From positions 22,792-86,791 of IMG/VR virus record IMGVR_UViG_3300027870_000001: 64,000 bases of DNA. The stretch is one strand, 5' to 3'. Position numbers and translations under genes: made by a program. The stretch is from a virus. Below are positions 51,260-61,700 of this stretch, one piece after another. How positions within the stretch are numbered: the first letter of the stretch is position 1; each line of letters starts with the position of its first letter. The notes under the pieces are model-generated. The model did not search any database, was not told where the DNA came from, and saw only the letters and a program-made list of their open reading frames with translations.

Positions 51260-52999
51260 ATGGATCCGGTCACCACGACCCCCGACGAGATCAAGCTGCT
51301 CGACGACACCCAGATCGGGGACCTTCGGTCCAAGATCGCAGAACGCGCTGAGGAGCTCAAGGAGTCCGACGCCGTCGCAGACATCGAGGAGCTGGAGCTG
51401 CTCGGTGACCTGGGCGAGGCCCTCGACAACGAGGCCGGCCACCGTTACCAGGAAGCCGCAGACCGCGCCGACCGTCGCCAGAAGGCGATGGACCGGCTCG
51501 CTCCGCCGGCCGACCCCGACGCCGTCGACCCGGAGGATGCTCCGGTCGACCCCGAGGCCGTCGACCCCGACGTGGATCCCGAGATCCCCGGCGAGCCCGC
51601 GGTCGACCCCGCCCCGGAGGATGCTCCGATCGTGGCCGGTGACCAGGCCCCCGTGCCGGTCGCTGCGTCGCTGTCGCCCTCCGCGAAGGCGACCCTCGCC
51701 GCGCTGAACAAGCGTCAGCGCACCACCAAGCCCCCGGAGGCCCCCAAGCCCGACGAGTACAGCTCGGTGTTCGTCGCCACCGCCCACGCCGGTGGCAAGA
51801 CCCCGGAGGGCACCGTCCTCACCGGGATCGAGCAGATGGCTGACGTCATCGCCAAGAAGCGCCTCGGGTTCAAGAACATCCCCGACGGGGCCAAGGAGTT
51901 CCTGTCCATCGCGACGGCGGAGAAGCCGGGCACCGGCCTGATCCTCTCCCACGACGCGATGGAGAACTTCCACGTGATCCAGGAAGTCCGCGAGGCCGGC
52001 GGCGTGAACGGTGGGGGCGCCCTCGTGGCGTCCGGTCCGCTCTGCGCCCCCCCGACCCCGATGTACGACTTCTTCCGGGTCGCGGAGGCCCAGAACCCGG
52101 TCGAGCAGGGCCTCGCCGTCCTCCAGGCGCCCCGCGGTGGCGTCCGGTTCATCGTCCCCCCGGACTACACCACGGCCGCTGGTGCGATCGGCATCGAGGG
52201 TGTCGACTACGACATCTCCGACCCGGACGATCCCGAGGACAAGCCGTGCCTGCACGCCGACTGCGCCGCGATCGACGAGGAGTTCGTCGGGGCCATCTCG
52301 CAGTGCGTCACCTTCGGCAACCTCCAGTACAAGACCTTCGCTGAGCAGGTCGCCGCGTTCCTGGAGGACGTCGCCGTCGCCTTCGCCTCCCGCAAGGAGG
52401 GCTTCTACCTCGACTACATCGACGGCAAGTCGACCAACGTCACCGGGATCGAGGTGGGCTACGGCTTCTGGCGTACCCACCTCTACAACCTGGACCTGGC
52501 GGCGGTCGGCTACCGCAAGCGTCGGGGCATGAAGCGTGGTGCCCGCCTGACGGTGATCGAGCCCGACTGGGCTCTCGACGCCGCCAAGACCGACATGGTC
52601 AACGACCAGTCGCTGGGCCTCAACTTCGCCTCGATCCCGGACAGCGCCGTCACCGACGCCTACCGGCAGCGGGGCCTCGACGTCATCTGGGCCAACGACT
52701 CGGCCACCGGCCGGGCCCAGAAGTTCAACGGTGCCCAGAACGCGGGGGCTCTCAACAAGTACCCCGGCACCATCCAGAGCTACATCTTCGCCCCGGGCAC
52801 GTTCGTCCGTCTCGATGGTGGCTCGCTGGACGTCGGCCTCGTTCGGGACTCGGTCCTGAACAAGACCAACGACCTCCAGTTGTTCATGGAGGAGTGGATC
52901 GGGGCCGCGATGCTCGGCCTGGAGTCGGTCCGCCTGCACCACACGGTGTGCCCGTCCGGTGGTTCGCCCGCCGCGGCCACCCTGTACGCCTGCGCCTGA
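51260..52999 (+). CDS. Major capsid hexamer-like protein with N-terminal scaffold-like region (cluster B type)
   Basis: Acidic coiled-coil N-terminus; ALVASGPLCAP...YD, RGGVRF, KPC, GTFVRLDGGSLDVGLVRDSVLNKTND..FME. Confidence 0.8.
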   Translation: MDPVTTTPDEIKLLDDTQIGDLRSKIAERAEELKESDAVADIEELELLGDLGEALDNEAGHRYQEAADRADRRQKAMDRLAPPADPDAVDPEDAPVDPEAVDPDVDPEIPGEPAVDPAPEDAPIVAGDQAPVPVAASLSPSAKATLAALNKRQRTTKPPEAPKPDEYSSVFVATAHAGGKTPEGTVLTGIEQMADVIAKKRLGFKNIPDGAKEFLSIATAEKPGTGLILSHDAMENFHVIQEVREAGGVNGGGALVASGPLCAPPTPMYDFFRVAEAQNPVEQGLAVLQAPRGGVRFIVPPDYTTAAGAIGIEGVDYDISDPDDPEDKPCLHADCAAIDEEFVGAISQCVTFGNLQYKTFAEQVAAFLEDVAVAFASRKEGFYLDYIDGKSTNVTGIEVGYGFWRTHLYNLDLAAVGYRKRRGMKRGARLTVIEPDWALDAAKTDMVNDQSLGLNFASIPDSAVTDAYRQRGLDVIWANDSATGRAQKFNGAQNAGALNKYPGTIQSYIFAPGTFVRLDGGSLDVGLVRDSVLNKTNDLQLFMEEWIGAAMLGLESVRLHHTVCPSGGSPAAATLYACA

Positions 53000-53061
53000 T
53001 CGGGTTGGAGGACGGCTCCCGGAGGTGACTCCGGGGGCTCCCCCTCCAAGGAAGGAAAGCC

Positions 53062-53706
53062 ATGACCGTCATCAAGCCCATCAAGGCCAAGCGGCTCCGT
53101 GTCGTGCGGGAGAACACCTGTGGTGTTGCCCAGCTCGGCGTCACCGGACAGATCGTGTCCGACGGATTCATCAAGGTCGAGTTCTCGTTCGAGTACGAGG
53201 ACGGCGAGGAGTTCATCGTCAAGAACGGCAACGGCGATCTGTGCATCAACCAGAAGGACCCGGACCGCCTCAAGCGCATCGGCGTGAAGATCACGCTGTG
53301 CGAGGTGGACCCCGCGGCCATCGAGATGATGCTCGGCGCTCGGCTGATCTCCGTGACCGGCGAACCGACCGGGTTCGCCCTGTCGGAGGATGCCAACACG
53401 GCGAAGGTCGGCCTGGAGCTGTGGAACGGCGTCGCCGGGGACACGTGCTCCGACGAAGGCGATGAGCAGTTCATCCACTGGGCTCTGCCGATGGTGGAGA
53501 ACCTCCGCATGGGCGACATGAGCCACGAGTACGGCCCGGTCCAGGTGGAGCTCTCGGGCAACACCCGGGCGAACGCCAACTACGGGTCGGGCCCATTCGA
53601 TCTGTGGACCCCGGACCTCGGCAACACCGAGCACGTCGCGGCCCAGATCACCGACGTGGCACCTCCCGCCGCCGCGGACGGCTACCAGGAGCTGGAAGCC
53701 GCGTAG
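53062..53706 (+). CDS. Major tail protein
   Basis: RLRVVRENTCG...VSDGFIKV, EDGEEFIVKNGNGDLC, LCEVDP; position after capsid gene. Confidence 0.75.
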   Translation: MTVIKPIKAKRLRVVRENTCGVAQLGVTGQIVSDGFIKVEFSFEYEDGEEFIVKNGNGDLCINQKDPDRLKRIGVKITLCEVDPAAIEMMLGARLISVTGEPTGFALSEDANTAKVGLELWNGVAGDTCSDEGDEQFIHWALPMVENLRMGDMSHEYGPVQVELSGNTRANANYGSGPFDLWTPDLGNTEHVAAQITDVAPPAAADGYQELEAA

Positions 53707-53720
53707 ATCACCTCCAGAAT

Positions 53721-53759
53721 CTGGGTTCGGTCGGCTCGTTGGGGGCCGACCGAACCCGG
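53721..53759 (+). terminator. Hairpin after major tail gene
   Basis: GGGTTCGGTCGGC/GCCGACCGAACCC. Confidence 0.65.
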
Positions 53760-53787
53760 GGCGGAGGTGGCTTGGGAGGAGAGGTAG

Positions 53788-55632
53788 ATGGTGTTCCCGC
53801 ACGCTGGGCAGTACGGCCCCGACGGGCTCGCCAACCGCAACGGCCGGCCGCTGCTGGCCACGCCGTTCGAGGTGCACCCTCGGGGCGACGAAGGGCTGGC
53901 GACCCTGTACTCGGATCGTGACCGGTCCGACACGGTGGCCAACCCGTCGGCCACCGACTCGGCCGGCAACGTGACGGTGTTCGCGGAGCCGGGCGCATAC
54001 GACCTGATCTGCGATGGGCAAGTCCTCCCGATCGTGATCGCTCCAGACCCGGAGGATCTCGAACCGGGCGAGGCGGGCACCACCAGCCTTGTTCGTGACG
54101 ACGTGTTCGTTGGGTATGGCACCAAGAAGAAGCAGTGGGAGGGCGTGCCGATGACGGACCCCGACAGTGGTATCACTGTCTCGGAGTTCGTCTACCCCGG
54201 CGCCGGGATGGCGTCGTTCTTCCCGGGCTACGGGGTGCTCGGTTGCCCAACGATCTTCTCGGACCATGTGGACCAGGCGTTCTTCTCAGGCTCGTTGTTC
54301 GGTGGGGTCGGCACGTACGACGGAGACACGCTCGTCACGCTGCCCGAGTGGTCCCGCCCTGACTCTGATGTCACGCTGGAATGGTGCAACGGGTTCACCG
54401 GCGAGTTCGTCAAGATCGACGACAACGGATTCCATCGGGTCGGTGAACGAGTTGAGCTGTCCGGTGTGCTCGGCGTAGACGGGACGATCAAGCTGGCGGA
54501 AGGTGGTATCACCATCCCGGAATGGGGCGACGAGGAGCCCGACGCTTTCGTGTTCAACTTCCGGTTCCTCGGTTGGCAGTCCGCTGGCCTACTCCAACCC
54601 GCTCCACCGAGTGATGTCGGGGTCTATCTCGCAGGCGGCATCATCGCAGACACCGACCTCGTTGGGGGCGACTTCACGACTGTGGAACTACTCAACGGGG
54701 ACGGGTCTTCGGTCTTCGGCCCCGGCCTTCCCCGGGAAGCCATCGCTGGTGGTGTCTATCTGATCTTGACGGGGGCCAACGTCGCGCGATGGCTGATCAC
54801 AGAATCCGGTCCTTGCGTGAAGCTGGCCGAGCCATCGACCCAGAACTGCATCGTCAAGGTGGCGGCTGGGAACTTCACGGGCACCGACTTCCTGCCTGTC
54901 GAGATGCTGGGCGCAGGCACGATCATCCCCGACACAGGCGGTCGTCTTACCACCACCCTCGACCGCTTCGTTCCAGACAACGATCTCTCTGATCTCGTCA
55001 CCCAAGACGACCTCACCGCCGGTCTTTCCAACAAGGTGACAACCGAAGATGTTGCGACTGCTGTGTCTGGATTGGCGACGACCGAATATGTGGACACTGC
55101 GAAGTCAGATGCCGAGCAGTACGCAGATGGGGCTGACACCGCATTGCTCATGGGGATCAAGTTCCCTGGCAAGCAGCTCTACTCCGGTCTGTGGCCCGAC
55201 GTAGACCCCGATGGTGTCGCTCAAGACATCATCACCACCTGGCAGGTGCCACTGATCAACGCCGCCAACAACAGCCTCGACGTCGGGTACATCAACTTCG
55301 TCGCAGAGACCGCAATCACTCGGTTGGTGGCGCAGGCGGTCTGTTGGACCGACGACGCAGTACAGGCCGACGATTCCACCCTCGGTCCTGGTGCAAGTCT
55401 CCGCTGGGCCTTCCCCGACAGTGAAGGCGGGACCATTGTCCCGTTCCGAGTCATCTTGTGTGGCAACAGCTCACGTCGTCTGCAACAGATGGAAGCCACG
55501 TTCGTCACGGTCCCTGGCCAGGCGTACCGGATGCAGTGGCTCGTTGATGGTGGTGCCGACTCACCTGGCCTCCACGGATGGTTCTACGGGGCACCCGCTG
55601 CCCTCGCTACCATCAACATCTACTCCGCATAA
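53788..55632 (+). CDS. Putative fibre/decoration protein with compositionally foreign C-terminal part
   Basis: N-terminal LATLYSD...ANP..TDSAGNVTVFAEPG anchor-like module; many T/A-ending codons downstream. Confidence 0.5.
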   Translation: MVFPHAGQYGPDGLANRNGRPLLATPFEVHPRGDEGLATLYSDRDRSDTVANPSATDSAGNVTVFAEPGAYDLICDGQVLPIVIAPDPEDLEPGEAGTTSLVRDDVFVGYGTKKKQWEGVPMTDPDSGITVSEFVYPGAGMASFFPGYGVLGCPTIFSDHVDQAFFSGSLFGGVGTYDGDTLVTLPEWSRPDSDVTLEWCNGFTGEFVKIDDNGFHRVGERVELSGVLGVDGTIKLAEGGITIPEWGDEEPDAFVFNFRFLGWQSAGLLQPAPPSDVGVYLAGGIIADTDLVGGDFTTVELLNGDGSSVFGPGLPREAIAGGVYLILTGANVARWLITESGPCVKLAEPSTQNCIVKVAAGNFTGTDFLPVEMLGAGTIIPDTGGRLTTTLDRFVPDNDLSDLVTQDDLTAGLSNKVTTEDVATAVSGLATTEYVDTAKSDAEQYADGADTALLMGIKFPGKQLYSGLWPDVDPDGVAQDIITTWQVPLINAANNSLDVGYINFVAETAITRLVAQAVCWTDDAVQADDSTLGPGASLRWAFPDSEGGTIVPFRVILCGNSSRRLQQMEATFVTVPGQAYRMQWLVDGGADSPGLHGWFYGAPAALATINIYSA

Positions 55633-55661
55633 GACCTCAACACAAAGGAAAGGCAACACCA

Positions 55662-55925
55662 ATGCTGGATACCGCACCTCTCAACCTGGACACGATCCCG
55701 GATCGCCCCGCCACCACGGACCGTTTCGCTGCCTTGTTCGTGCTCGACCGCACGGACCCGGACGGGAACCTGTCGCTGACGACCGAACAGCGCCAGGCGC
55801 TCGGCACCCTGACCGGGCAATACCGCGCAGACATCGCCGCGCTGTTCGGCCTTGACGCCGCCGACGTGATCTTCCGGGCCTACGGCGAAGACACCTCGGT
55901 CACGGTCACCGACTACAGCGACTGA
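55662..55925 (+). CDS. Hypothetical protein
   Basis: AAAGGAAAGG RBS. Confidence 0.6.
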   Translation: MLDTAPLNLDTIPDRPATTDRFAALFVLDRTDPDGNLSLTTEQRQALGTLTGQYRADIAALFGLDAADVIFRAYGEDTSVTVTDYSD

Positions 55926-55984
55926 CAACACGGCGGACGTGGTTGACCGCCGCCGCCACCACACCTCGACCGTAGGATCACGTC

Positions 55985-56791
55985 GTGCCGAACATCAACA
56001 GCGGAGATCAGCCTGGACCGAGCGGCGGGTCGATCTGCGCGCCGTGGTCGACTCCGGGTGCTCTGGACTGCGTGATCCCCGAGGGTCAACCGGAGCTTGG
56101 CATCAACGCGATCGACGTCGCCTCCGAGGTGCTGTGGGTCCTCTCAGGCCGTCAGTTCGGGATCTGCGTCCGTACCACCCGCCCGGCCGGTCCGGGCTGC
56201 CACGGAGGACCCTGGCCGTCCCTGGCGCTCGGTCAGCAGACCGCGCCCTACGCGGCCGGGGTGCTCGGGGTCGGAGGTCAGCTCGGGCTCCCCGGTCGGC
56301 CATGCGGCTGCTCCGCGAAGTCAGCGGTGAAGCTCCCCGGCCGGGTCGTGTCGGTGATCTCCGTCGTCGTCGACGGCGAGACGCTCGACCCGGGCGACTA
56401 CCGGCTGTCGCGACGTCAGCTCTACCGCACCGACGGTGGCCGGTGGCCGGCGTGCCAGCACCTCGATGCTCGCCCCAACGAGCCCGGCTACTTCGCGGTC
56501 ACCTACCGGCGCGGCCGGGCCATCCCGGTGTCGGGCACCCGGGCCGTGAACGAGTTGGCGTGCGAGCTGGTCAAGGCCCGGCTCGGGGACTCGAAGTGCG
56601 CGCTCCCGAAGCGGGTCCAGACCATCACCCGGCAGGGCATGACCATCGGGCTCCTCGACCCGATGACGTTCCTGGAGAAGGGCAAGACGGGGCTCTACTG
56701 GTGCGACCTGTTCCTGTCGACGTGGAACCCCCGCGGGTACCGTCGGTCGGCGCGCGGCTGGTCCCCGACCGACGTCCGTTCCCGTGGCTGA
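55985..56791 (+). CDS. Head-to-tail adaptor (cluster B type)
   Basis: ASEVLWVLSGRQFGIC, LYRTDGGRWPACQ, ELACEL, CALPKRVQTITRQG, GKTGL. Confidence 0.75.
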   Translation: MPNINSGDQPGPSGGSICAPWSTPGALDCVIPEGQPELGINAIDVASEVLWVLSGRQFGICVRTTRPAGPGCHGGPWPSLALGQQTAPYAAGVLGVGGQLGLPGRPCGCSAKSAVKLPGRVVSVISVVVDGETLDPGDYRLSRRQLYRTDGGRWPACQHLDARPNEPGYFAVTYRRGRAIPVSGTRAVNELACELVKARLGDSKCALPKRVQTITRQGMTIGLLDPMTFLEKGKTGLYWCDLFLSTWNPRGYRRSARGWSPTDVRSRG

Positions 56792-57281
56792 CTCGAAGCC
56801 GGTCCGCGCCGGTAACTGGCTCCTCGACCGGGCATTGGAGGGCCTCGCCAACCACGACGGTGTGGTCATCCCTGGCACGACGTACTTCACGTTCACGGAG
56901 CCGGCGTGGGACGCAGTGTCGCAAGACATCTCGTCGGACTGCGCCGCGCAGCTCACGGTGTGGGCCCAGCAGGTGTACCCGTCGGCGCCGGTCTTCCCGG
57001 TCCAGGCCCAGTCGCTGATCCGCTGCGGGGTCCCGTGGGTCGGGGTGTACCTCGTGCAGCTCGTGCGCTGCGCGCCGACGATCAACGACGAGGGCGGCAC
57101 CGACCCGGCGGAGGTCGACGCTGCGAACGCGGCGCTCCTCAACGAGGCGTGGTGGATCTCCCAGCGGATCGCCTGCCAGTTCGGGCACGACTGGGAGGGA
57201 ACGATCGGGCTCGTCACCTCGACCGGGGTCCTCGGTGACCGCATGGGCGCCAACATTCCGGTGACGATCGACCTGTCCTGA
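56784..57281 (+). CDS. Putative tail terminator / neck protein
   Basis: Synteny; PAWD...C..QLTV...VRCAP pattern. Confidence 0.5.
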   Translation: MADSKPVRAGNWLLDRALEGLANHDGVVIPGTTYFTFTEPAWDAVSQDISSDCAAQLTVWAQQVYPSAPVFPVQAQSLIRCGVPWVGVYLVQLVRCAPTINDEGGTDPAEVDAANAALLNEAWWISQRIACQFGHDWEGTIGLVTSTGVLGDRMGANIPVTIDLS

Positions 57282-57332
57282 GTGTCGGACCATCACCGAC
57301 AGTAGCGACAGGCGGCACTACCGTCGACGGGC

Positions 57333-57620
57333 ATGACCACCGCAGCAGAACGCAAGGCAGCCCGCGACGCCGAGGAGCAGGCGGCAGCCGCCGCCGACGC
57401 CGATGGCCAGGCCGGTGACCCCAACCCTGACGAGACGCCCGACGACCACCCGGCCGACGACGTCGAGGCCGCACCGCCGGCAGGCAAGCAGTACCTCCTC
57501 CACGTCAACACCCATGGAGGCAAAGCCGGTGAGGTGATGCCCCTCCCCGACAACGAGGAGGTCCGTGCCCTCGCCGCCAAGAAGTGGATCACCGAGTACC
57601 CCTCGACCAGCACCGAGTGA
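57333..57620 (+). CDS. Small hypothetical protein in tail module
   Basis: TACCGT 8 nt upstream; GTGA overlap downstream. Confidence 0.55.
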   Translation: MTTAAERKAARDAEEQAAAAADADGQAGDPNPDETPDDHPADDVEAAPPAGKQYLLHVNTHGGKAGEVMPLPDNEEVRALAAKKWITEYPSTSTE

Positions 57621-58012
57621 GCAACACCCGCCTCGACCCCGCTGCGCTCGCCCGGCTCAAGTCCCCCAAAGGGATCGTCGCCCAAGGGCTCTACAAGCGT
57701 GGCCTCCGGGTCCAGGCCAAGGCCCGGTCCCTGTGCCCGGTCGACACCGGCCGGCTCCGTGCCTCGATCACCGTCGAGATCATCGAGAAGGCCGGGTACC
57801 TGATCTGCCGCATCGGCACCAACCTGTCCTACGCCCGCGCCGTCCACAACGGCACCGGCATCTACGGATCCTCAGGGGTCCCGATCACCCCGAAGAACGC
57901 CACCGTTCTCCGGTTCAAGCCCAAGGGGTCGACGGCGTTCATCTTCCGCCCGTCGTCCGCTGGCACCAAGCCCCGTCCCTTCCTCCGAGATGCTCTGGGA
58001 GCAGCCCGATGA
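57617..58012 (+). CDS. HK97 gp10-like protein
   Basis: CPVDTGRLRASI, YARAVHNGT, GTKPRPFLRDAL. Confidence 0.8.
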   Translation: MSNTRLDPAALARLKSPKGIVAQGLYKRGLRVQAKARSLCPVDTGRLRASITVEIIEKAGYLICRIGTNLSYARAVHNGTGIYGSSGVPITPKNATVLRFKPKGSTAFIFRPSSAGTKPRPFLRDALGAAR

Positions 58013-58347
58013 CCACCAAGCAGTTCACCTCACCCGACCCCGACACGATCCCGGACTTCACGTTCAAGCTCGACGACGACACGATCACCGCGTACGGCGA
58101 CGTCCCCGCGGGGGCGCTGCTCAAGCTCGGTGCCGCCGCGGCGCTCGGAGACGAAGGCGGCGGCGAGGCCCTGGTCGCGATGGAATCGTTCATCGCCCTC
58201 GCGCTCCACGAGGAGTCCGCCGCCCTGATCCAGGAGCGCATGAACTCCAAGGACCGCAAGCGGCGCCTCACCCTCGACACCGTGTCCGACATGGTGCAGT
58301 GGCTCGCCGGGATCTACGGCGGAGAAGACGCCCCCCCTACCGAGTAG
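58009..58347 (+). CDS. Tail assembly chaperone (G)
   Basis: Synteny before tape measure; ends at C7 slippery run. Confidence 0.7.
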   Translation: MTTKQFTSPDPDTIPDFTFKLDDDTITAYGDVPAGALLKLGAAAALGDEGGGEALVAMESFIALALHEESAALIQERMNSKDRKRRLTLDTVSDMVQWLAGIYGGEDAPPTE

Positions 58348-58718
58348 TCGTCAGGCTGGCGCTCGTCGCGCTGCACGACTGGCGCACCTTCGACGGCTGG
58401 TGCGCTGCCCGCGGGGTCGACCCGCGAGGTCTGTCGATGCGACGGTTCGTGGCGCTCATCTGGTTCGCGTGCGTCGAGAACCGCGACGAGGAAGCCACGG
58501 AGAAGTTCCGGGCGTGGCTGTACCAACCGGACCCGTCCGAGGTCGCCCGGCTCCTCAAGCGCACCGGCGACAAGACCCGAGTCAAGCAGGCCCCGTCGTG
58601 GTGGGACGACGACAACGACTCGTGGCTGATCACCGCCCGCAAACCCAAGGCCAGCCCCGCCGCGGACCAGCTCGACGGCCCAGACCATGCCGAGCCAAGC
58701 GACCCTGATCTGGGATGA
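58332..58718 (+). CDS. Tail assembly chaperone -1 frameshift extension (T)
   Basis: -1 frame lacks its own start/RBS; WRTFDGWCAARGVDPRGLSMRRF; C-CCC-CCT at 58332-58338. Confidence 0.65.
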   Translation, partial: PPYRVVVRLALVALHDWRTFDGWCAARGVDPRGLSMRRFVALIWFACVENRDEEATEKFRAWLYQPDPSEVARLLKRTGDKTRVKQAPSWWDDDNDSWLITARKPKASPAADQLDGPDHAEPSDPDLG

Positions 58719-58754
58719 TGACCGGCAACCGACGATTGACCCGGGGAGGCTCGC

Positions 58755-61700
58755 GTGTCGGATGAAATCGTCGGTTCGACCGCTGTAGAGATCCGGGCCA
58801 ACTTCACCAAGTTCGACGCCGACCTCACGAAGGGCGCCGACGCCGCAGCGGCGAAGGCCGGGGCGTCGGTCGCGAAGAAGCTCGGGTCGGGGATCTCGTC
58901 CGGGCTGTCCAAGGTCGGCTCGAAGATCACCAACGGGTTGAAGGGGCCGCTGTCCAAGGTCAGCGGCATGTTCTCCAAGACCGGCCGCGACGCCCAGGCC
59001 GGCCTCAACAAGATCAACACCAACAAGGCCCAGGGTGCCCTCGGGAAGCTCGGCATCTCGGTGAAGGGGCTCCTCGTCTCGTTCGGTGCGCTGTTCGCGG
59101 CGAAGGCCATCTTCAACTGGGCCAAGTCGACCGTGTCGACGTTCCGCACCGTCGGCGCCGAGGTGCTCAAGCTCTCCCGGATCACCGGCACGAACGTCGA
59201 GACGGCGTCGAAGCTGCGGTTCATCGCGCAGCAGTCCGGGATCGACGCCGGCAAGCTGTCCAAGTCGTTCGTGCTCCTCTCGAAGAACATCTCCTCGGGG
59301 GCGGTGGCCAAGCTCGGCATCGACCTCAAGGGCGCGAACGGCAAGATGCTCCCGCTCGACGCGACCCTGTCGAAGCTGGCCGACAAGTTCGCGAAGCTCC
59401 CCGACGGCGTCGCCAAGAACACCCTCGCCGTCAAGCTGTTCGGCAAGACCGGCACCGACCTGATCCCCCTCCTCAACAAGGGGTCCGCCGGGATCGAGGA
59501 GCTCAAGAAGAAGGCCCAAGAGCTGGGCATCGTGCTCACCGAGGACGACGCGAAGGCCCTCAAAGAGGCCACCAAGAACCAGCGGCTGTGGCAGGCCAGC
59601 CTGGAGGCATTGAAGGTCCGCATCGGCCGCGACGTGCTCCCCATCGCGAACTCGTTGACGACCGGGCTGATCGCCACCCTCGGCCCGATCCTCGGTGGGA
59701 TCACGAAGCCCCTGGCGTCCGCTTTCTCGTCGGCGTTCCTGGCCGTCGGTCCGCTCCTCTCGGGGCTCGGCCCGCTGATCGGTCAGATCCTCACCGTGGT
59801 CGCGACCGCGTTCTCCGGGATCGCGACCGCGGCGCAGCCCCTCCTCAAGATCCTGTCGGACATCGCTGGGATCATCGTCAACGTCCTCGGCCCCCCGCTC
59901 GGCACCCTCGGTGGGGTGGTGCGCGGCGTGGCCAACGCCTTCAAGCTGGCCTTCGCTGGGTTCGGGGCCGGGGTTGGTCCGCTCAAGCTCCTCGCCGCTG
60001 CGATGAAGCCCGTGGCCGGGTTCCTCCAGCAGCTCGTAGACAAGATCGGCCACGCCCTCGGGGCCGCTATCAACGTCGTTGGCCCGGCCATCGGTGAGTT
60101 CGTCGCCGGGTTGATCTTCGCGGCCCGGACGGTGCTGCCCCCGCTGATCACCGGAATCGCCGCCTTGATCCAGGGCCTCGCTCCGCTGCTGCCCATCATC
60201 GCCAAGGTGGCCACGCTGATCCTCGGCGTGCTCTCCAGTGCGATCACCGACCTGGCCACCGCCTTTGCCAAGGTGCTGCCCTCGATCACCATCGTGGCCA
60301 CCACCCTGGCCAACGCCTTCGTCGGCGCCATCGGCAAACTGGTCCCGCTCATCGTGAAGCTCGGACCCCTGTTCATCCAGTCGTTCGCGGCGATTCTCAA
60401 GGCCGTGGTGCCCGCCATCGGTGTGGTGGCCAAGGCCCTGCTCTCGGTCGCCCCGCTGTTCAACGTGATCGTGTCCGCCGTGGGTGGGATCCTGACCTCG
60501 CTCCAGCCGATCTTCCCGAAGATCGTGGCCTTGGTGACGACCCTCGCGAAGGCCCTCTCGGGTGCCCTGGTCAAGGTGCTCCCCGTGCTCGCTGACGGGC
60601 TCGGCAAGCTCCTCACCGCCCTCGCTCCGCTGATCCCCGCGGCCGCGCAGATCGCCGTCGCCATGCAAGGTGCGCTGGTCGGGGCGCTGGTCGGGCTGGT
60701 CAAGGTGCTCGCCCCGATCCTGCCGCTCGTGATCAAGGTGGCGGTCACCCTCGGTGGGGCCCTGGCCAAGGCGTTCCAGATGATCGCGCCGCTCATCTCC
60801 GAGGTCGCGAAGATCCTGATCGGCGGGATCTCGAAGATCCTCCCCCCGCTGATCAAGGCGTTCCTCGGGCTGGTGTCCGCCGTGACCCCGCTCATCCCGA
60901 TCGTGGTCCAGGTCGTGTCGGTCGTCGGGAAGGCCCTCCTCACCGCGTTCGTGAAGATCGTCGACGCCGTCGCCCCCTTCCTGCCGATCGTGACCGAGCT
61001 GGCCAAGATCCTCGGTGGCGTGCTCGGTGCCGCCCTCCAGGCCATGGCCCCGATCCTCGCCAAGATCGCCGGGGTATTCGCCGGGGTCCTGTCCAAGATC
61101 CTGCCCATCGTCGCGAAGGCGTTGCTCTCGGTGGTGAAGGCCATCGAGCCGCTCCTCGACCCGAAGATCATCGCCTCGCTGGTCGCCGTGGCCAACCCGT
61201 TCCTGACGCTGTTCGAGGTGCTCGGCCCGGTGCTGCCCGTCGTCGGCAAGCTCGCCGGCATCCTGGTCGGCGCCCTCGGCGGCGCCCTCTCGACCATCCT
61301 GCCGGTCATCGTCAAGCTGGTCCGGGCCTTCGCCGTCGGCCTCGCCCCCGCCCTCCCCCAACTCTCCGACGCCCTGGTCCAGATCGCTGACTCGCTGGTC
61401 CAGGTGCTCCAGGCCGTCATCCCGATCCTGCCGCCCATCATCAAGCTGGCCGCGCTGCTCCTGGAGAAGATCGGCGTCCCGTTGATCATCGTGCTGGCCA
61501 AGGCGTTCGTCGTCCTGGCCGTCGCCCTCGCGAAGGTCGCGACCGTGCTGACCACCGTGATCGGCTGGGCCGCGAAGCTCGTGTCGGCGTTCACCCACCT
61601 CAACTTCGCGAAGATCGCCGCGGACATCGGCAACGCGTTCCTCGCGATCGGCCGGTTCTTCCAGGGGGCACCGGCGAAGATCGGGTCGTTCCTCACCGGG

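Noticed and set aside
59700-61600. Repetitive sequence within the tape measure gene
   Set aside because: Ordinary amphipathic tape-measure repeats
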